Shown: piece after piece, positions 24,814-38,297 of the stretch
Layout: each line of letters starts with the position of its first letter
Numbering within the stretch: position 1 is the first letter of the stretch
Assembly (NCBI RefSeq): GCF_002571385.2
Contig: NW_019217784.1
Coordinates: 2,084,863 to 2,148,862, forward strand
Origin: Stylophora pistillata
Taxonomy: Eukaryota
Reading direction: 5' to 3'
DNA length: 64,000 bases
Program-made: the position numbers and the translations under genes
The notes under the pieces: generated by a model
Databases searched by the model: none
What the model was told of the DNA's origin: nothing
What the model saw: only the letters and a program-made list of their open reading frames with translations

Positions 24814-27529
24814 CTCACAATAGTTAACCAGTCGTAGTTACGTGTGATATCTCTATATATATGTATTATTAACCAAGCGTGAGGTCAAGATGGTTGGATA
24901 TTGACCGAGTTCAAATACAAAAAGATTTTGCTTTTAATTATTAAGATTTAAGAATGAATTGTTTACTTCGAGAGCTGGGAAACAAAGCCAACTGTGCTTG
25001 TAGCACAACAAACTTACGAGTGGTTTTTGTCTTCTTTGTTTTGACTATCTTCTGCCATTTTTTGCATTTCCATCACCTAAAAACTGTCAGAGAATTACGA
25101 ACGTGGTTCCAATTCTATTTAGTATAGTTTCAGAGCTGAGCAAAGAGTTTCCAGCAATCTGATTGGTAGAGGGTTTCCTTATATGACACTATATAAACCG
25201 CTCCATGCGGTTTATATAAAATGTTAAAATAAAATGTTAATAAAAGCTCCTAAATTGTTATTATTTTAGAAAGTTCTCTGTTGTTCAGCTCTGAAATTAT
25301 ACTATTTTACAATTATTCACCTCAGGTTCGGTGAATATTGTTGAATAATCAAATTGTAGAATATTTATTTGACGGTATTCACCTTGCCTTTGGCGAATAA
25401 TTGTTAAATATTTTTTTTTATGTGCAGGATCAATGTGGGCAATCCCGAGCGGGATGAGCCCATCATGCCAGCTTGGGTAGCCAATCAGAACACAGAATTT
25501 GCTTTGTCTCACCCACGGGCTCTATAAGCAATGTAATGATGCCATTTATAAACCCATGCAGCATACTTGGAATCAGCTTGATAACATGAATGAAGGCAGG
25601 CTTTGCTTTGTTTGATTGCATCCTCATTGGCCAGGAGTTGGAGAAGTAATGCTAAACAGAGCAGAAAATTGGCGGGTCGGTGATTGTTTTTATCTCAAAA
25701 ATTCACTCTTGCTTGTTTATTTTAAATTGCACTCAAATTGTTAGTCTTCTTCGGAATTTTGGGTTCAATTTCACTCATTTCTTCGCTTTAATTAATGTGA
25801 AAGTTTCCTTTGAGGGTAATGAATATAATTTGCTGTCAGTTGTTCGTCATAGTTAGGGATATTTAGAAAGAAACCAGTACTGCACTGTAAAATATGGGAA
25901 TGAAAATCCTAGATCGAAACACAGGAAACTTAACAAATTTGGAGAAATTGATAGGGATTATTAAGATCGTCAGAGAGCCAACTTTTTTATGGTTTTGTCT
26001 TCAGCATATCAGAAACCTCTGGCTGAGTTTGTTTGGAAATCAAGAACTTCTATGAATGAAGTTAACTTCTACATGGTTCAAGAGAGCAATATCTCTTCTA
26101 ACAGCAACTTATGGCAACAGTTCATTATGAAGAACGCCTTAATGGACCATGGTTACCATAATGTGAAGAAAAAAACGTACTTCTTCTGGATACGGGTTTT
26201 TTTCTAGGGCTATACCAGGCTAAAAATGATGAACATAGGGAAAAAAAAATGATAAAATGAGAGGCAAAATGTCTTTTCTAAGATGTGCTAAAACAATAAA
26301 GTTATTGTAGGTTTTCCAAGCAATAAACGTCATGGGCAAGTCATTGGTATAATTACAGTACTCCAAAAGATAACTGTTTGTGCACCAGTCCTCATGTGTC
26401 AGAGTACACTCAGGAGGACAAATGTAACACCTTCACCCATTGCCACAGGGTCCTCACCATCCACGATTTAGAATAAATGAGCAGTCAACAACCTTGCGTG
26501 CCGAAAATTTGGAACGTGGGAGGAGGGGGGGAGGAAGAGAGGTACTTTTCAGTACCATGGATCCTTGATGGTAACACCATTCCTACCTCTTATCTGAAAC
26601 CTAAGTTTGAAATTGGCTAGTGCCCTGGCTGTTGCACGTGTTTTTGCGTCCCCATAACACTACTTTGTTCGTTTGTGATACGCTTCTCCTTAAATCTCAA
26701 ACACATAAAACTTTTTGGACTTCTGCTAAAATAAACAACAAAACTAAAAGACAACTTTCTACAAATGAGGTATTAACAGAGCATTGCTTTCTTTTGATAA
26801 CCTTTGGAAATAAAATCCTGATTACTAATCTTTAAAATACAGTTTTCAATAAATAAATATTTCATGACACGTAAATTCAAAAATCTGATTTTCAATTTTG
26901 TCTAGATTTTAAATTGATTCTTGCCTAATGTATTTTTTATTATTTCAAACTCTTCATCTCATGAAGTAATAAAAAAATATTGTGATCTAATTATTTAACT
27001 TTGAATCTCGAGGGAATTCAGTTAACACGTTAACACGTTAACAAGTACTAAAATTGAAAGAGTATTGTATTCAGTCACTGCTCCTTGTGGCTTCCCAATC
27101 TGTCTCCATGGCCTCTGTGTTACCAATTTGAAAGTAGTACTAATTGTACTGAGGGACCAATCAACAAGGCCATATTGAGCAATGCAAAACAAGGACTAGT
27201 GCCCCTATTAATCCACCCTTGTGTAGTAGTTAGTGTGCTTGCTATGCAAGCTGTGAATTGCAGGTGGTTCAGTGGCACTTGAAAAACTATTCAAATATCT
27301 TGGTCCGTTAAATTCAATCCTCGTGTTGGGAGAGATGATATTTCATTGGAAGAGGTAGACCTCTGTAATTGAATGTGAATTTGATGGTGGTAGAATTTTC
27401 AGACCACAGACTGGTGAGTCTTGTCATATACATGTAAATGTTACATGACGACTGTTGGCAAGAAGTAGTGTTCGCTCACTGATGTGTTGTTTCACTTAAA
27501 CACCCTTGTTTTGTGATAGTTGAAGTCTC

Positions 27530-30500
27530 TTACAACACTGCACAATTCTTGCTCCCATCTACTCCATCTACAAAGAGATTTACTGTTGATCTAATAAAAT
27601 GAAAACAAAAAAATATTAAAGTAACAAAAGAAGGGAAATCGATAAAACTTAACATGTAAATTTCGTTGTTACATGGCAATAACTCGAAACCATTGAAATA
27701 AACATGAAAAGTTGTTTTTAAAGTTACCTGTTTAGAGTTAAGTGACTTCTAACCAGATCACCAGTAGCAAGAGCTGATAGTAAAGACAACTCTCCAGCAA
27801 GAACAGTGCCACATATTATTTGTGCTAATTTTGTTGAATTCTTTCCTGGCTCAGATTTGTTTGGCCCACGAACACCAAGAATCTGAAAAGGGAAAGGTGC
27901 AACACTGCAGGAGACTGTACTATCTTAAGAAATCAAACCCCAAAAAGGCATACAAATCATGGTGAGGAAAATAAAATGGTGCCCCTAGTCAATTTGTGCC
28001 TCTTATAAGGTTTTCCATGATGTTATCAATCATATCATGATCATGACAGTCAGAATCATAAGAAAATATTATTGGTTTTTGGACAACTAAGAACAAGGAA
28101 GTGAGTTATTGACAGCGAAAATTTTGTTTTGTGAACCCCTTTACACTTAAATAACGAATTACAGGAAATCCTTTGTTGTAAGTACCTTTGATGGCACATA
28201 AGGACAAGTACTTTCACCTATTGACGTCCAGTGCGCCCGTAAGCGCCCATGTGAACCCACACCCTTTCTACGCCTTGTGACGTCATCACTGTTAACCCTG
28301 GAGCATGACTTTGAGCACGTACTTGAAAATATCTTACAAACGATACCAGAATGAGTGCAATCGAGTGAAGGCGATTGGAGAAATAGCCAAAAAACCATGT
28401 AAACTTTGACCTGAAAATCTGCATGAAAATCTTATTCCATTACCCACCTACCTTTCTGAGCATGTGGTTTGAAAATAATGAGTAGTTTCCTAAAATATCT
28501 CTACATCAAAATGAAGCCTACCAAATTTCCAGCAAGTGAGGAGAAACTTCGGGCAAGGAAAGGGGGAAAAAGGGCAGGAGAAAGAGAGAAAAGTAAAAGT
28601 CTCCAAATTTTGCTTTCTGCGCGTGCCTGAGATTTTCAGGCCGCCATTTTGCATTTGGATCAAAGGCCGTCGAGCGTACAAACTGTCTATGGGTTTGTGG
28701 TAAGTTTGAGCTTTTACAACAACAACAGTGACCCGAAATCTGGTTGACTAGCTTCAAAACACAGTTTTTCACAAAAGCTGCAGCTATTATTGGGTTAATC
28801 ATAAAAAGAATATTACCTTAAGACAAGCAGACTGGGGGCCCAACACAGTACCTCCTCCTACTGTTCCAACCTCAAGTGATGGCATAGTACAGCTGATCAT
28901 AGATTGAAACAAAAGAATAGAAATTAGAAAGAAAGAGGAGGTATGCAAGTCACCTATAACTTGATTGTTGGTACAAATTAGTTCACAAGTGTCACAATTA
29001 TCTTGAGGAATGGCTAGTTTGTCTGCAGATTCAAGTCTCCCTTCTCAACCCCCCACTCACTAAAAGAAAGCATCAGAACTTATTACCTAACATAAAGGTC
29101 TTCTTTAGTTGGTCCACATGCCTCAAACAGAGTGATACAGTTGCTGCTTGAAACACACTGTGCAGGGTCCTAACAAAAGGAAGATGTAATCTTAAATCAC
29201 TTTCTTATGCACTTAAAATCTGCTTCCTGAGAAATCAATCTGCGTTAGTTTGTAGGCATGATATTAAATAAAACAGCTTGAGAACAAACTTGCTTATTAA
29301 ATGTCGATTGAGTTCTTAATATTTAAATTTGTGTTAAGAAAGTGGATTAAAATCACACAAACTAATACTCAGTGTGAACAATTCATTTTTAACATTCAAT
29401 AAGTTTTCATTCCACTGAAAAATGCATTTTAAACTTATTTTTTTTCTTTTCTACTTAAACAAATGGTCAGCTGTACTGTTCAAATTAACCACTTTAGAAT
29501 ATCAGGAAATCTGTGAAGTGAGGAAAAAAGTAAGTACAGCAACAAGGCATTATAATCAGAAGGGGGGGGGGGGGTGACTATATATCTTTGACACCAGCTT
29601 AAACAGAGTCAGCCCAAGGGTAAAAGGTAGCAAATGAAATCAACAGCAATGTTGTAGTTGCCTTCTTATTTGTACCCAACTTGGAGAAAAGTAAATTGAT
29701 GTATTTTGGCTAAAGAACATTACCTGGCCTGTAGCTATAAATATTGCTGTTACTATGTTAGCAGCATGAGCATTGAATCCTCCAATGGCCCCAGCCATAG
29801 CAGAACCAACAAGATTTTTATTGATGTTAAGTTCTGAGAGGGCAGAGACTGTTGTTTTCAAAACCTGGAAGCAAGAAAAATAGAATCAATACATTATACT
29901 TTGCACAAAATCCAAGCACTCGTATTCATCTCAAAAGTTCTCCTGATGGTGAATGGAGAATTTATAACTATAATCAACTGGTCAAATGGTGCAGACTACT
30001 TAAAGATGTTCCGGCACTAATTTTGAAATTTCCAATCAAATTTCAATAGCATACCATTTACAGCAGTGAGAAAGTGAGTGAAACATACATACCTTCTGAA
30101 CAACATGCCCTGGGATAATAGCCTCACATACAACAGACTTCCCTCTGCCTTCAATCCAGTTTATAGCTGTTGCTTTTTTGTCTGTGCAAACATTTCCACT
30201 CAAACTCAGCACTTCAAGAGTAGGAAAGTGTCCCTGTAAGCAGGTGAGGGCTTTTTCTGTTCCCTGTCACAACAAAATAAAAAAAAAATTAATAAAACAC
30301 CAAATTGAATATGTCTTTTATTCTGTATGCTTGTTTACTAAATTATGAAATTAAATGGATACAAGTGGTTACTAGTAACATATAAATATAATTCAAGATT
30401 TCTATTACCTTTGATACCATGTTCATCCCCATTGCATCTCCAGTTGATGCTACAAATCTAATGAATAACAAGCGCCCTGCGATTATACCTCTTACTGACT

Positions 30501-33500
30501 GCAATCTGGCAAATCTGCAAGTTATATCCATCTATTAGAATGTTCTGTCCAAAGGAATAAATTGAACTATTCAACAAATTTATACTAATCATTAATTTCA
30601 ATTCAGATCCATTTATGGGAGTCATACATTGTTGTTACCTTCCCCTAGAAAACAGATCAGTTTGGGAAGCCTATGCTTTTTTTGGGGGGAGCCTATATCC
30701 CTACCCTAACCCTTTCTCTAGACAGGTCTTTGTTTGATTGTATGACACCAAAGAGACCTGGATCAATCTAATATGAAAAATTCTAACTCTTGAAATTTGA
30801 AATTCTGCACCTACCTGCTTGTGCTGTCAAACTCTTTCTTGATTTCCATAAAATTTTTCTCTTCCTCTAACCACTGCTTAGCATTACTGTGATTCAATGT
30901 TAAATGAAAAAGTGAATATCATTTGTTTTCTTTTGTGCACAGTCCTTGGAAGTTTAGTTTTACAATTTTTATCTTCACTTATTTAGGACAAGACTAGCAT
31001 CTGACTTGGAAGTATTTGATATTGAGAAGTAAAGAAACATGATCCAGTATTGATTACTGGTAGTTGAACATGTAACGGAATTTACCTGGCAAGAACTGCT
31101 GAAGGAAATCTTACTACAGGTCCCCTTGTCATGCCATCGCTAAACACAGAACTGCGAACACCACCACTCAGCTGAGAAACAAACCACTTTAATCAGAAAT
31201 GACACCTCATTGTAACCGTAATTGTTTGTGAAATACTGTTTTTTTAAAACAGGTACTGAGGATTTTAACTTGACTCTGAAATAGTGTGGTTCAACATGTA
31301 GACGCTACAAAAGGAAAGTTACTAAACTGGAAAATTACCAGGAGAGCTCGACAACCACGATTAGTGCTTGCTACCAGACACCCTTCTGTAGTTGCCATGG
31401 GTACATGATAGTTCTCCCCATCTAGCAAAAGAGGGCCAGCAACACCTACAGGAACAGGCATGTAACCAATCACATTTTCACAACAAGCTCCCACTACCTG
31501 AAATAAAAAAAGGACAGCTGTTAGTTTGATATCAAGGGTAAATTCTCTGAGTATGAACAGCAGATAATACCACTTACATCAGAGTAGTTGTAATGGTCAC
31601 AGGGTAGATCAAACAAATCTGTATCAGATGAGAGTTTCTTTGACACCACACTGCGCCTGCAAAATGGTTCAATATAAGTAATGTCTCATGAGCACAGTAT
31701 TGTTGCTAGCCTTCTCATTAAATCATCTAGAAAACAGGGTGGAGATTTTGAGAAATCCCATTTTCAGTGGCATGTGAGCAATCTTCTACAAAGTAGTTTT
31801 ATTGTAATGCTTGGATCACAGACTGAAGTAAAATTAAGTTCTTGAGCATATTCGACAGCACATACGTGTCAGCTTGAGAAGATTGGAGACACTCAATTAT
31901 TCTGACTGGAATTACATGACTGGCCTCAGTCATGCAATTCAAAACCCACTTCCTTGTATTTTACATTCAACAGAAGTCACTTTGTACCTGATTCTCACTG
32001 CCCTTGCTGGATCTTTCAGAACCTTTTCTAGCTGATGACCAGGAATGGTTTTACACTCTACTAACATCTGGACTTCCTTGTCGTTCAAGCGTAACACTCC
32101 ATCCTGTTAAGAAAAATGTACCAAGAAAACATCAATTTTACATGGTTCACACTTTGATTGACAACTGAAAGTCATTTTTAACTCAAGTTTTAGACAAAGA
32201 AAAGTTAACCTACTGGTTGTTTTAGCATCAGCTTGCATTCTTCCATACTGCGTTCTTTGTATTCCGCTATTGGAGGACTACTGTCCAACCTGGCAAGAGC
32301 TAGAGGATGCTTAATGTCATCACTTGAATAGCACACACTACAGTGACCTTCACTAACTGTTCTTCTTCTATCATGGACCTTTAATTTTGTTATAGAACTA
32401 AGTTTCTGGGATTGTTCTTGATTTTCTTCCTTGATGGCCTCTTTTCTAGATAAGCATACAGGCTCAGATCTTGTTTCAGCAGTCTTTTCAGAAGCTAAGC
32501 TTTCTTCACTTGATTTATCAGATTCTTGTTCACCCCCTTGAATGTCTGTGACTGTGGTGTTAGATGCCCGAGCTTCTATGTGTGTCTGCTCCACATGCTC
32601 ATGCATTCTGTCTTCATTATACAAAAAGAACCTGATTGCTAAGCTGACCCCAAACACTAACACAACAATCTGAAAAAGATTAACAAGAATTGATTAAACT
32701 CCAAGCAAATCCACCAGAAAATAAAGATCAAAGGTGGAGTATTATTACTAGTTGGTCAGGTTTCTTTCATCACCTGTTCAGTATTTCCAGCTAAGAACCT
32801 GTGAAGAAGTAAGAAAATTATTGTAAGATAAATTTCAACAACAGCACATACTATAATTTTCTTTATATTTTTTCATTAGTTCAATGTCACTGGGTCCGTT
32901 TGTTAAAATATTATATAGATAGAGCCATTGTAGACTCCCTTTAAGTTCCTCAATTTGATCATGCATGTTTGACTGAAGAGGAGTTCAGTTCCTTGCCTTC
33001 TTATTTAATTCTTAGTCAGGACTGTATAATTGTGACATCCAAACCTGTTTTTCAGGGTCATCTGTCTCAACCTTGAAAATAATTATAACTTTCACATGAC
33101 ACCCAAATACCTTTTAAACCAGTCTTCTTCAAGAGGAGTATTCCCGAAGGAATTTTCACTGTTATCACCACTTCTAACCATAACCCAACGGTGCAGATGA
33201 ACAAACATTAAACCTGTGGACTACAATGATAACAGCCACAAAATTAGGTAATATTTTATGATAATCCAATACATAATTACATACATTTTACAGCTCACAA
33301 ATGACTGATACGAGAAGAACCCTTACAAGTTGGTACTAAACAATTAAACCTAAAACCTAGGTTTTAGGCTTCCTGGGTTGGGTAAGGTCTTTGAACCTTG
33401 TAGGGGATGCTATATCCTTTTGTTGTAACACCTGTATATATATTCTATATGTATAAATCTTGAAATAATTAAATAGTAAATAAATAAATAATATAAGTTC

Positions 33501-36500
33501 CAAGAAATAATAACGTATAACCTCCTACCAAGGTTATTAAAAGAGATAACTACAGTGTACTACTTAATAAATCAATCTTTGTACCATCATTATATAAACA
33601 GAGTTCATTCAGGAGGTGGTATGGAATTCCTGGTGGGTAGTTCCATATTTGAGAAATTCTCAGCTAAGTATCAGTACTATAATGTAATGAAAAAGAAACA
33701 TCACTTGGCCATACCATAATAAGTTTAATCTGCTGCACAACAGGGTTTGGCTCAAGTTCCTCCTCTGTGGTATCTGAAGATTCCAACTGCCACCTTGGTC
33801 TACTGTTTCCTCTTCCTGTGCATAACTATAAAATACATATAACAGGCTTCCACTATAACTTAACACATTTTTTACTTTTCCTTAAGGTGCAAATTAGTAG
33901 TTTCTTTTGACACATTATAAAAAATATTCAAGTATGGTAACAACTTGAAACTGAGGGAATAGGTATAGGTGGTCAATTTTATGGAAATTCATTGCTGCGT
34001 GCCTGCTTTTGTCGAGACAATAGAAAGTTTGAGAATTCACCTCAGTTTCAAGCAAGTCCAAACAAAATTAATCTCTCTGGGACTTTAAATTACAAACAGT
34101 TGAAACTACAAAAAGCTTCCTGTATTCATACCTCAAGGAACAATGACAGGCAGGCAGGAAAGAAGGTCATAAATAACACATAATGGGTGATAAGAGATAA
34201 ACATCCAAACTGACAAATAGTCTCCAACTCTGTGACATCTGCAATAAAATACAACAGATTTGTAATTTAACATGCCAAGATAAAAGTGTAAATTCAATAC
34301 ACTTCAATTTATGTTGAAGAAAAGTGAGAAGGTTAGGTTGACTTGTGGCTAGTAAGATAAACTCTCCCAGGAAATGTTTTGGTTTAAATCCCAGCGTGTT
34401 CTTAGAAAATGCAGTTTTCTCTTAGAGGAGTTCATATGTGTAGCAAGGAACTGTTTAGGGAATTTGATGCAGACTGGGTATGCTGTAACAGACAGGGGTC
34501 CTATCCAAAAGTCCTGATCACTTCATGCAACAGAATCTAGGATAGACTTTGGCAGTCTGAGTCACCAAAAAAAAGCTTGGTTTTTTTTTGTTCTCTACAA
34601 AGGAAATTAAAGTATATTTAACTTAGGACTGTACACTGCACAAACCTGATAGAGTTCCTATACCAATTACCAAAGTACCAACTAGTGTATTGAGTGTCAC
34701 AGTTGGACCAAGGTAGCAAATACTTTCAGCAATCCTGCCAGGAACTGCACTCTAAAAAGTAATGTGGAATTTCAGTTGTTATCTAAAAAACACTGAAAAT
34801 AAAACACTGTTAATAAAACAAATCAACTTTAATGACCCAACAGTCCAGATAATGGAGAGTTTGGATAATCAAAAATATGAATATAAATGTTGGTAGGTTA
34901 AGTCACAGGACTAGAGAAGCAAGTTCAAATAATAAAAAAAATCTGGATAACTGTGGTCCAGATAATCGAGGTTTGATGATACTTACATAAGTTGAAGACT
35001 GAAGAGTGTGCTTCACTAAGGAACTAGCTGTATTGAAGTCACTAAGAAGAAAGAAATACGGAAGAGCCTCCCTGCAAAAGTTAACAGTCTGAGATTACTA
35101 GAAGCTCTTGACTGTTGAACAAATTCTCCTTGTCAGCACTATAGGAAATGTATGGAACTGTGTTGAGACTATGCATACTGATGATAGGGTGTCAGGGGTT
35201 AATAATAACTCAATGACTCCTGCGAAAGTGAAAGTCAAAAATCAGTATCACAGAAACAAAGAGCATGTGATTTGAGCTTAACCCACTGGTAGGAAACAAA
35301 TACATGAAGTTATCATAGTCAGGCATTAGGCTAAACACACTCTTCTATTTCTGGCATAATCATATCTTTGATAACTAATTACAACATACAGTTTGCAAAC
35401 TTGACAGGAAAGTATTAGCTTACAAGATAAGGCCTGTATTTTATTGTATTGTATTGTATTGGCCTTAAACTTAAAATTTCATAGAATGTTTGTGAATCAT
35501 GTCTAAAACCTCACCTTACAACCCAAAAATCTCTGCCATATAAATTAGCCACAATGGAACTGAAGACTAGACAGGAAAAGACTGCAAACATGGATACAAA
35601 TCCTGAAAATTGAATAGAGAAAATGGCTCAAGAAATTTTATTGAGGATAAATTTAGTTGTAGATGGAAAACATTTCTTGAAATTANTTGCAAACTGTATG
35701 TTGTAATTAGTTATCAAAGATATGATTATGCCAGAAATAGAAGAGTGTGTTTAGCCTAATGCCTGACTATGATAACTTCATGTATTTGTTTCCTACCAGT
35801 GGGTTAAAGTGCACCTACACTCAAAAAATTTTTTTCGCCTAACGAAGTAAGCTTATTTTTTTGAGTATTTCTGCGCAAAAATTTTTTTATTTGCTCAAAT
35901 CTTCAATTTTCTATGCCCAGTCAAAATACGGAAGATCGGCCGCCATCTTGCCCCACGACCGAGTTTAAAGAAGAATGGCTCTAGCGGGTAATGTGACGTC
36001 AAATCGAGAACACGAAAGTCTGCTTTTCACACATTTTCACTTGTTTGGGAAGGTTGTAGTCGATAATTGTCCGAAAATATGCCGACTAAGTGTGTTGTAG
36101 AAGGATGTAGCAACGTGCGAAATTTGCAAGAGGGTATCGCGCTCCATAAAATCTTCATAGAACACACCTAGTCGGCATATTTCGGACGATATCGACGACA
36201 ATCTTCCCAAGCAAGTGAAAATGTGTGAGATGCAGACTTTCGTGTTCTCGATTTGACGTCACATTACCCGCTAGAGCCATTCTTCTTTAAACTCGGTCGT
36301 GGGGCAAGATGGCGGCCGATCTTCCGTATTTTGACTGGGCATAGAAAATTGAAGATTTGAGCAAATAAAAAAATTTTTGCGCAGAAATACTCAAAAAAAT
36401 AAGCTTACTTCGTTAGGCGAAAAAAATTTTTTGAGTGTAGGTGCACTTTAACCCACTGGTAGGAAACAAATACATGAAGTTATCATAGTCAGGCATTAGG

Positions 36501-38297
36501 CTAAACACACTCTTCTATTTCTGGCATAATCATATCTTTGATAACTAATTACAACATACAGTTTGCAAACTTGACAGGAAAATATTAGCTTACAAGATAA
36601 GGCCTGTATTTTATTGTATTGTATTGTATTGTATTGGCCTTAAACTTAAAATTTCATAGAATGTTTGTGAATCATGTCTAAAACCTCACCTTACAACCCA
36701 AAAATCTCTGCCATATAAATTAGCCACAATGGAACTGAAGACTAGACAGGAAAAGACTGCAAACATGGATACAAATCCTGAAAATTGAATAGAGAAAATG
36801 GCTCAAGAAATTTTATTGAGGATAAATTTAGTTGTAGATGGAAAACATTTCTTGAAATTAAACAATTATTGAGCAGCTACTTTCAACACACCTGTTATAA
36901 AGAACAAAGCATTTAAAAAATAACTCAACACCACTGTGAAGATTGAGCCTGCTACAAGATGTCTACTTTTCTATCGCTTTGACTGTTAGACTCAGAAAAT
37001 TGCTTTAAAATCAAAATTGTATCTACTTGCATGGATGACTATCTTACCTAAGATGTATGAAGATCCTTGATGAATAAGCTTTTTACACTGAAGATAAATG
37101 CACACAAGAGCAAAGAAATAACTTGTGGGGCCCACATGTAGGCCAGCTGGTAAAGATATCTAAAATTAAAACAAAAGGGCAAATATCAGTGAATAAAGCC
37201 TAAAATTCTTGCCAAATTCTTCACATTTAACGATATATTTACTCAAACAATTGAAACTGTCTGGATTTCTGTGAAGATTACACAAACAAATATGCAACAA
37301 TGTTGTATGGGATTTTCCATTTGATTCCATTTGATCATGTGAAAATGGAATTTCTCTCAAAGGTCCACACTCTTCTCTTAGTCGAAACCAAATTAGGACA
37401 ACTCTGATATAATTATATCAGATTTGCCTCAACTTGTAAAAAAAACATTATAAAAGGTACGATCAGAGTGGAAAGTTCAAATAATATGTTCACACCTATA
37501 ATAATTCCGATGACTAACAATTTACCAAACTCTAAATAACTTTTTTTTTATATTGACCAAATACAACTTCTTTGTGATATGCCCTAGACTACCTTCTGTG
37601 GTAAAATCATGGAAAGCAATTTGGATTAAACTATTCAGGAGGAAAATGTTTATTTACAGCAATTATCTAAAACAATTGCTTTCTTGTAAGTTCTTGATAT
37701 TCAAACAAAGCTTAGAGAGGGTTTCTTACACCGCTTCCCATTCAAGTTGTTAATTTCCGCTAAACTGAAATATGTACACCGCAAATGAGATTAGGTTATG
37801 GCCATAAATTCACACTATTCAAACCATTTCCTTGAATGACTTTCGTATGATTTCTTTGCTCATTAAGCAGCACGCAATTGAATTAGTATCGTGGACGAAC
37901 TTTCATGAAATCAAAAGGCATAAACCATAACCTGACATTCGGTGTAAACACTTGTCGATATCTAAGCTATGAATTTAGTCACGACATGATCCGTACCAAA
38001 ACATCCTTTCAAAGTGGAAGTTTGCTAAATTTGATCAGACTTATTTGCTACAAAGAAGATATACGTAGCGGTCTAAAACTGTACCCAGTAATTTAAATTT
38101 CGATAAGTCTGGAAAAGTCTACTGACCTCCTCGCCGGAACCTATGGTCAGGTCTTTAGAAGAATGTGTTGCATCGTATATATTCAAACTTAACAAACAAA
38201 CAGTTCCAGTGATACAGACCAACAGAACTTCAACAGGATGACGAGAACACTGTCTACCATGGTAGTAAAACAGGTTTGAAATACCACTTTGCGACAT
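27530..38297 (-). CDS. HMGCR: 3-hydroxy-3-methylglutaryl-CoA reductase (class I), 22 coding exons; last exon 27590-27530 ends ...GSKNCAVL*
   Basis: Membrane/sterol-sensing-domain exons plus catalytic motifs [57 protein letters not shown] and RSHLTLNRS. The splice phases checked are consistent. Confidence 0.96.
35278..36860. other. Duplicated ~410-bp segment including an 88-nt HMGCR exon (35515-35602 and 36690-36777); probable haplotype-merge artefact
   Basis: 35278-35685 is nearly identical to 36448-36860. A single n at 35686 is followed by a reverse-complement copy of the flank. Confidence 0.75.
35804..36451. mobile_element. Kolobok-like foldback element with a THAP-domain N-terminal remnant
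   Basis: TTAA-AGTGCACC ... GGTGCACT-TTAA with about 300-bp arms. 36079-36150 reads [24 protein letters not shown] (THAP-type MPxxC-x4-C...H start). Confidence 0.75.

Noticed and set aside
25989-26471. Small ORFs between TUBGCP4 and HMGCR
   Set aside because: No recognisable domain or consistent exon chain.
27291-27360. Alternative HMGCR terminal exon (R)STSSNEISSLPTRGLNLTDQDI* that would remove the CaaX
   Set aside because: It needs a rare GAG acceptor immediately after a CAG and has a poor pyrimidine tract. Unsupported without RNA-seq, though worth checking.
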